Source of the DNA: Naegleria gruberi | Taxonomy: Eukaryota | Strand: one strand, 5' to 3' | Assembly: GCA_000004985.1 (NCBI GenBank) | Contig: GG738895.1 | DNA: 64,000 nt | Shown: positions 57,409-64,000 of the stretch, piece after piece | How the letters are laid out: each line of letters opens with the position of its first letter | Position numbering within the stretch: the stretch's first letter is position 1 | Made by a program: the position numbers and the translations under genes | The notes under the pieces: generated by a model | The model's database searches: none | What the model saw: only the letters and a program-made list of their open reading frames with translations | What the model was told of the DNA's origin: nothing

Positions 57409-59230
57409 CTAATGAATCTTATTATCTGAAACTGTAGAACATATCGAACTGTCCTTTGTTACAAATGAATTGTCTGGTGGAACATAGGTAGAGTCTCGGT
57501 TATCTTTAAAGGAATCATCTTTTCCAATGAAAGGTTCTTCATTTTCTGCAGAATGTTCATTTAGGATAATCTTCTTACTCTTCTCCAATGTTGAAAAGAT
57601 CTTTCTCACAACGTTGCAATTGTAGCACTCTTTAACGTGTTCCTTGTCAAACATGGTTGACATGGTATTGAGAAATGCACAAAATGCAAAAAGTGGCGAG
57701 ATGAAATCAAAATAGTATACAATGCTGAATTCTAATGAACTAGTTCCTTTTAACGTAAGAATATAACTTGCTGTACTCAACAAAAGGGGAATTGCAAGTG
57801 TCAAGGTAAGAAGAACGAATCTTTTAAAATACTATACTCATTGTAATGAATTAGAAGCCATTGCTACTTACTGTTGTTTTGAAAAAGTTGACATTTGTTA
57901 CAGTTCTCAATGCTTTCACCAATCTTATTGAAAGAATGATAAAGAGTGTTGAGGTAACCACAAGTGGGACATACCACGCCACAATGACACTGATAATACC
58001 GTTCGGTATTAAACTCTCGCCGATCATTATGAATAAACTTGTTGTAATTACTGATAAAAAACAACAAGCGTAAATAACACCAGCCCCAAAGGTTAAAATC
58101 TTGAAAATCTTACTGTTTGCCTGTTCCTTTGTTGTTAAGAACATGTAAATTCTGTCAAAAACCAAAAACGCTGGCAACATTGCATAGTAAATAGAGAATA
58201 GAGCTATGGCTGAGAATATCGTTCCCATTCCATACAGTATCAGATTATCAGAGAATGGAGGAGATATTGAATAGCATGTGACCAGAATCTCTCCAATTGT
58301 TGAAGTTATCAAGAGGAATAGAGTTGACAACTCAACAGATCTAAACTTTCTTCTTTTAACAATATGAACAAAATAAGGAATCACAACAAGGAAGAAACTC
58401 AGCACAACTGTTGGAATGCCAAACAAGAAAACGACAACTATTCTCGAAACGACTGGTGAATTTGAAAATTCTACAAAACAATCACTCGAAAAGGCATTGA
58501 GAGAAGAACAATAGCAAATAAATGGAGTCAATAAACTGAGATATCTGTCATTGGCAAAATAAATGGGTATTCCTTTCGAAAATCCTCCACAAAGAAAGGT
58601 CGAAGGATATTCCACCATTGTTGAATTGTCCAGACTCATCTTCCAATCAATAATTTTCAAGTGATGTTGCAGATAGTTCTTGGCACTCGAACAATACTGA
58701 CAATAATTAATTGCCATATAATCGGAAGTGTTTCTTCTCTGATACAACTCAAGACAATCCAAATCCTTGAATAATGAACATAAATCCTCTCTTTCCCTAC
58801 TAGCAACCACAGGAGAATATTGAAATTTGTTGCTGCTTGCATCTCCAAAGTATATCGATCGGATCGTTAAGGGAATCATTACTTTCTCACAACCAAAAGC
58901 GAAGGGTAATTCAGGAAACTTGTCCATGAATTCAGAATTCCATTCCACTTTTTCAAATACATACTCTCTTCCCGGTTTAATAAAGAAGGAACAATTCTTC
59001 CACTCCCCATCGACATAATCATTCTTATTAAATTGTATATTATTTCTTTCCGTACTTAGTCCATTCACCATTAAGGCACTACTCATCAAACAAAACCACA
59101 TCATTGTTATTATCATCATCATCATGTACATTAATAAATTATTCTTCCTTCCATTTCCCTTACACTTTCTATAAGCACATCGCCCGAGTGCTCTAGAAAA
59201 AAACGCACAAAAACTCGCAGCTGTTTTCAT
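57409..59230 (-). CDS. orphan 7TM receptor-like protein in 2 exons (59230..57872 and 57831..57409) with a Cys-rich N-terminal ectodomain
   Basis: Signal/TM helix, then an ectodomain with many Cys, then seven hydrophobic helices. The 40-nt intron 57832..57871 (GTAAGT...GTATAG) joins the two ORFs in frame. Confidence 0.5.
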
Positions 59231-59494
59231 CCTCCTGTTTTTTTAATTGATTAAATATCTAAACACAATACGTAAGGAAAAAGAAAGCCGCTTTCAAGTG
59301 TATTAATAGCTTTGCCTTATCTGTTTGAAGATCTTCAATTATGATAATAAGGAAAGCGTAGCAGGCACTATTAAGGATATTGTCCAATATTATAAATATA
59401 AAATCGCCTATATTATAAATAATGGACGTATACAACAACCTTCCATTACAAAACCAAATAACTTTCATTCAAGCAAATATAATACATTTAAAAA

Positions 59495-61318
59495 ATGGCG
59501 TTCCTTCTTGGTCGTATGAAGATGAACTTTGGGAGACTCACTTCATCATCTTCATCACCCACAAATGTATCCACAACGATAGCAGCAAATTCAGCCGCCG
59601 ATTTTCAGTCAAATGCAAATTCAATATCATCACCATCTTTATCATCGTCGTCATCATTGTTTTTTCCATCGGGTGATGAATTAATAATTGTGAATATTTT
59701 AGAGTTTTTAAATTCGGGTGTGGTGGATATTATTGCGTGTGCTAATGTTTGTTCGGATTGGAGGAGAGTGTGTGAGTCTGCTTTGGTTGATTTGCAATTT
59801 TCTAATCATGTGTATAGTAGAAAGATATTAGGAAAGGTTTATAGAGAAATTGAGAATCCAGACAAGTATCGTTTCTTTGATTATTTCTCATCGATAAAGA
59901 TTACATTGCCAAATAGTGAAGTATCTCAGAATATTATACAGAGATTGCTGAAAACAAAAAAGTGTGAAAAATTGGGATTGAGGAATTTCAAAGTCAAGTT
60001 TAGTGAAATTTATAAGAAAAATATCGTTGCTGCGAGGATAAAGTTTATAGAGCTGAGCAAGTGTGAAGTGGATTCATTGGAATATTTCGATAAAATATTT
60101 CCCAACTTGAAGAGTTTCAAATTTAGTGGAACAATACAAAAGTCATCTATTGAGAGCTTTGTAAAAACAACATTTACTAATTTGGAGTCTATTAATTTGG
60201 AAATTCAGACAGAGGAACAATTTACCTGTTTGGTTTGTCCAAAAAATCCGTGTGTAAATATGAAAGAATTTCAGCTCTACTCCAAATTGCAAAACTGTGG
60301 TGATTATCAAGTCAAGTTCAATAGAGAATTCTTCCCAAATATGAAATCTCTATTCTTTTCCATGCATTCAGCTTACAATGAAAAGGTATTACAAAATTGT
60401 GATTTGGAAGTTGACTCTTTACGGATAAGGGCAAGAGTTTCATCTGTGGCTCTCTCAAAGTTGACCAGTCTCGTCCATTTGGAAGTCAAGACACTTTCAA
60501 GTTTGGATAATTTACGACTACCAAATTTAAAAACCCTCACACTAGATAGTAATTATGATTCGAAATCTCACACAGTCAAGCTTCCATACATGCACTTGCC
60601 AAACCTTGAGAGCTTGACCATTTCGGATAGAAAAGGCATTGTGGAACTTTCTAACTTGATTCAGTTTACAAAATTGAAAACTCTCGATATTGATTGCGAT
60701 TCACTGAAAGAGGTTAAAACCGTTCGAGAATTAAAAACATTGGAAGATATTTCAATTGGTTGTCATTTCAAAGAAGGAGGCATTGAACATTTGGCAGATT
60801 TGAAAATTACCAAGTTGAGAATATTTTCAGGTCAAGTAGAAAACGAGAATATGTATGTCATTTCCCAATTGGAGCATTTGAAACACTTGGAAATTACAAT
60901 TGAAACTATTGGACAATTGGTGCTCCTTTCAGAAGGAAAACTTTCAAATCTAACCTATATCAAATTCTACAAGACGAAGAAGCGTCTGGATTTATATGGA
61001 GCATTGGCTCAAGCTAACTGTAAAAACCTTGTACAAATCAAATTCCAGAGTTTGGATATTCGCTCGGCAAGTGAATTATTACTCAATAATCCATTTCCAA
61101 AGTTGAGAATTTTAAAATTAAGGAAATCATTTGACTTGAAAACAGCAAAGCACTTGGATTTGTTGAAAGTACTTTTAACTACTGATAGCTCTGAATCTCC
61201 ACTACAGGAAATTCACATAAAATGCAAAGGAGACTATACTAACAATAAGGAAATTCAACAAATGATTGAAAAATCATCAAGAATCTTATACATTCAACCA
61301 AGAAATAGCAAGAAATGA
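59495..61318 (+). CDS. F-box-like plus leucine-rich-repeat protein
   Basis: ORF of 607 aa. F-box-like segment (LIIVNILEFLNSGVVDIIACANVCSDWRRVC) followed by more than 12 LRR-like units (LPNLKTLTLDSN; LPNLESLTISD; LKTLDIDCDSL ...). Confidence 0.6.
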   Translation: MAFLLGRMKMNFGRLTSSSSSPTNVSTTIAANSAADFQSNANSISSPSLSSSSSLFFPSGDELIIVNILEFLNSGVVDIIACANVCSDWRRVCESALVDLQFSNHVYSRKILGKVYREIENPDKYRFFDYFSSIKITLPNSEVSQNIIQRLLKTKKCEKLGLRNFKVKFSEIYKKNIVAARIKFIELSKCEVDSLEYFDKIFPNLKSFKFSGTIQKSSIESFVKTTFTNLESINLEIQTEEQFTCLVCPKNPCVNMKEFQLYSKLQNCGDYQVKFNREFFPNMKSLFFSMHSAYNEKVLQNCDLEVDSLRIRARVSSVALSKLTSLVHLEVKTLSSLDNLRLPNLKTLTLDSNYDSKSHTVKLPYMHLPNLESLTISDRKGIVELSNLIQFTKLKTLDIDCDSLKEVKTVRELKTLEDISIGCHFKEGGIEHLADLKITKLRIFSGQVENENMYVISQLEHLKHLEITIETIGQLVLLSEGKLSNLTYIKFYKTKKRLDLYGALAQANCKNLVQIKFQSLDIRSASELLLNNPFPKLRILKLRKSFDLKTAKHLDLLKVLLTTDSSESPLQEIHIKCKGDYTNNKEIQQMIEKSSRILYIQPRNSKK

Positions 61319-61923
61319 TTTTTTCTCAATGAATAGCATTGTCAACAACCTCAATGAGAAACTCGTCCACCTGGGAAATAATGAATCATGAGACAATTCG
61401 CACAAGGTGCTTCTTTTTTCCAACCACCTTTTGCGTATCCTAAACTTTGCCGAGAGTTTCTTTTTGGATGAAGCTTTCTGTCGTACATATTACTTTCTGG
61501 TGATACTGACTTTATAATATTGAAATGTACGACACCTTCTCCTTCTAGAATCTAATTGCAGGTCTCCAACATTATAGACGACACCTCACAACATTATCAA
61601 CTCTAAAAACCTGGCCATTATTTTGAATTTTCAACGAAATTATAATGAAGAAAATCTTACAACTGTTTTCTCATTAAGGATTCAATCCCTTCAAATCCAA
61701 CAACAATAATTTCGGTATTACAAGAGTGAAGAATCATCTGTTACTCACTACCAAAAAACCAACTTCTCAATTTGAAACAAATTGGAAATGGAAAATTTTC
61801 GTAAATGGATGGAGCATTTATAGTTAAGAAGTTTGAAACAACACAATTTGACCGTTGTTCCCTTCTTGTTGAAAAGTTATCAGAAAAAAAGAACGAATCA
61901 CAAACTCATTTAGACGATTAAAA

Positions 61924-64000
61924 ATGTTGAATGTTAATTACTGTTGGTTGAATCATCAACAGAGGACAATTATGAAGAATCATGTGAGGAAGATTATTTT
62001 AAATGACAAATCGAAAAGATTGAACATGTTGGCAATGTTTGTTTGGTTTTGCTTGGTGCTGTGTTTGGTGTTAATAGCTTTTAGAGTGGCATTACTTCAA
62101 TTCGATCAGTCATTCTTTAATAATAATATTCAATTTCACACAACTCCATTGATACATTCATCTTCAATTAGATCATCAGCAAAAACATTGATAAGGAGGA
62201 ATTTGGAAGGTAGCAATTCACAGAAGAGATTACCACTTTCATCTTCATTGGAAATTCGACCTCAGCTTGATAAGTCAACGTTGGATTTCTCAAAGAAATC
62301 ATCAATAGCAACACTTGATGATTTGGAAAAGTTTGTCAATTCGCCACTGCAGGTGAATCCTCGTCAAGTGGAGAGAGCATTTGCTGCCTTTCTGTCAGTT
62401 TCGTCTAATGACAGAAAAGCTTTCGATTACATGATTGGAGTTTTATCTCTTTTTCAGAGTATCAAGATGAATACACAAGACATTCAACAAAATCCATTCA
62501 TTCTCGTCCTAGTTCCACCAAGAATGAATGTTGAAAAGTCATCAGTCGAAAAGACACTATACTTTATGGAACAAATTGTAAATAATTTAAGTGAACAAGA
62601 TCGACAATATTTTCACTTTTTCATTGCTAGATATATTGACAATCCAACGAATGGCAAGCACTCAGCTTCAAATTCAGTAGAGAGGAGATACATGGACACG
62701 TTCAATAAGATTCACATGTGGAGATTGGATGAATTTGGTTACAAAAAGGTTATCTATTTGGATGCGGATGTGGTGATTCTGAGACCAGAGATTGATCATT
62801 TGTTTAAATGTGGACACTTTTGTGCTGTTAGTGATTTGTGTGTACCAGATTATTTCAATGGTGGATTGATGGTTTTGAAACCTGATACGAAAGTTTTTCT
62901 TGACATGAAGGAGAAAATGGGATTGAAAGAATATCAGAGTTATGATGGTGGAGAACAGGGTTTTATTAACAAGTACTTTAATTTTCAGAAGGATAGCAAG
63001 TTTTGGCCTTTGGAAAAGCTTGCAAGAGAATCTGAATTGGCCAATCCTGTGGGTGGTTCAATTGACTTGCAAGAAAGTGTCAAGGATGATGTTTACAGAC
63101 TTCCATTCAATTACAATGGTCAAGTTCCTTTGATTTTCATCTCAAAATTAGGTTGGAACAAAAAGTTTGGTGACAAATTCGTGGCTGTTCACATAACTCT
63201 TCCTCTGAAACCCTGGGAATTTATTTCCTTTCCAATATTTGATGTTTCTTATTATTGGTATGCTTACTTTAGATTTACAAATGTTTATAGAACCTTTCCA
63301 TGGACCCTCTTCACTGTTAATATCATGCTGGTTTTGAGTGGTTTTGTAATTCTTGACAGAGTGTTGAATAGTAAGAGAAAGCTCACTTCAATATATGGCA
63401 TGCAGTGGATGGTGTCATCTATTGAAGATAGAATTAACAAGTTGAGTGGAATGAATGATAGTAGAGAATCCATGTTTACAACAATGGTATTGAATTTCGT
63501 CCCAATATTTCTCATAATCCCAACAACTGTAATTCCTGTCATTATCTACATGACTCAGTTATTTGTACAACATTATGATCCACACATGATTTGGTTGAAC
63601 TTGATTATTAGTGTTGGCGCTGGTGCTTTCATTGCATTGGGGTTGTTTTCATTGCTGGTTTCGTCTTGCACTCCCTCGAATATTTCCTTAATGAAATCAC
63701 CTTCCACAATTGTTGATTATGAACAATTAGAGAATAGACTTGGAGTTTCCAATGGCACTGGATTGAATTATTGTTTTTGGATTATGATATTTGTGAGCTA
63801 TATGTTTTTAGGATTCTTTTCACTCTTCTTGCTTCCATCATTCCTGTTTGGTTATATTTCCATCAACATTGCATGCACAATATTGTACAGTACCATCTTG
63901 TTGGCATTGGTGATATTTAAGGTTATTACTCCATTGGCTAACCAGGTAATTTTGCATTCTATCCGTGGAGGAGATTTGTCAGTCAAGAAGTCTTGTGAAA
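61924..64000 (+). CDS. glycosyltransferase family 8 (glycogenin-like) domain fused to a C-terminal multi-pass membrane region. The 3' end lies outside the window
   Basis: Continuous frame from ATG 61924 to the window end, checked codon by codon. N-terminal TM anchor, GT8 motifs (VIYLDADVVIL DxD; FNGGLMVLKP; DGGEQGFINKYF), then at least 6 hydrophobic helices from about 63290. Confidence 0.65.
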   Translation, partial: MLNVNYCWLNHQQRTIMKNHVRKIILNDKSKRLNMLAMFVWFCLVLCLVLIAFRVALLQFDQSFFNNNIQFHTTPLIHSSSIRSSAKTLIRRNLEGSNSQKRLPLSSSLEIRPQLDKSTLDFSKKSSIATLDDLEKFVNSPLQVNPRQVERAFAAFLSVSSNDRKAFDYMIGVLSLFQSIKMNTQDIQQNPFILVLVPPRMNVEKSSVEKTLYFMEQIVNNLSEQDRQYFHFFIARYIDNPTNGKHSASNSVERRYMDTFNKIHMWRLDEFGYKKVIYLDADVVILRPEIDHLFKCGHFCAVSDLCVPDYFNGGLMVLKPDTKVFLDMKEKMGLKEYQSYDGGEQGFINKYFNFQKDSKFWPLEKLARESELANPVGGSIDLQESVKDDVYRLPFNYNGQVPLIFISKLGWNKKFGDKFVAVHITLPLKPWEFISFPIFDVSYYWYAYFRFTNVYRTFPWTLFTVNIMLVLSGFVILDRVLNSKRKLTSIYGMQWMVSSIEDRINKLSGMNDSRESMFTTMVLNFVPIFLIIPTTVIPVIIYMTQLFVQHYDPHMIWLNLIISVGAGAFIALGLFSLLVSSCTPSNISLMKSPSTIVDYEQLENRLGVSNGTGLNYCFWIMIFVSYMFLGFFSLFLLPSFLFGYISINIACTILYSTILLALVIFKVITPLANQVILHSIRGGDLSVKKSCE

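Overview
This window is eukaryotic nuclear DNA, AT-rich at roughly 65-68%. Evidence: many short GT-AG introns of 32-220 nt, mostly GTAAGT donors; A-rich sequence before start codons; Asn/Gln/Ser/His-rich low-complexity coding; a canonical cytoplasmic tRNA-Glu(UUC). Together with the gene content (many F-box/LRR proteins, tenascin-type EGF plus NHL plus GPS receptors, phytochelatin synthase, a giant DUF3638/DUF3645 protein) it looks most like an amoebozoan, possibly dictyostelid-like, chromosome. That organism call is an inference. It is gene-dense, with about 32 protein-coding genes on both strands. I can recognise homologs for: topoisomerase III, a QCR7-like subunit, a Ras-family GTPase, phytochelatin synthase, a GH31 alpha-glucosidase, a C2-domain protein, an RGS protein, a receptor with a degenerate cyclase domain, two paralogous NHL/EGF/GPS single-pass receptors, importin-alpha, a CDK-like kinase, an ARL2-like GTPase, two 7TM receptors, and a GT8 glycosyltransferase running off the 3' end. 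The most unusual content is a cluster of four tRNA-shaped 75-77 nt ncRNA genes at 48676-51300. Each is preceded by an identical AAACCAAAA element about 70 nt upstream and followed by a T5 terminator. They fold into a full cloverleaf whose T-stem and anticodon-position stem change in a compensatory way between copies, but they carry an enlarged, hypervariable 11-13 nt loop where the 7-nt anticodon loop should be. I cannot assign them to a known RNA family. I also see several small dispersed or tandem repeats and hairpins in intergenic regions. All intron coordinates were derived by hand from the sequence and are approximate to a few nt. The gene 8817-9685 is a weak call.
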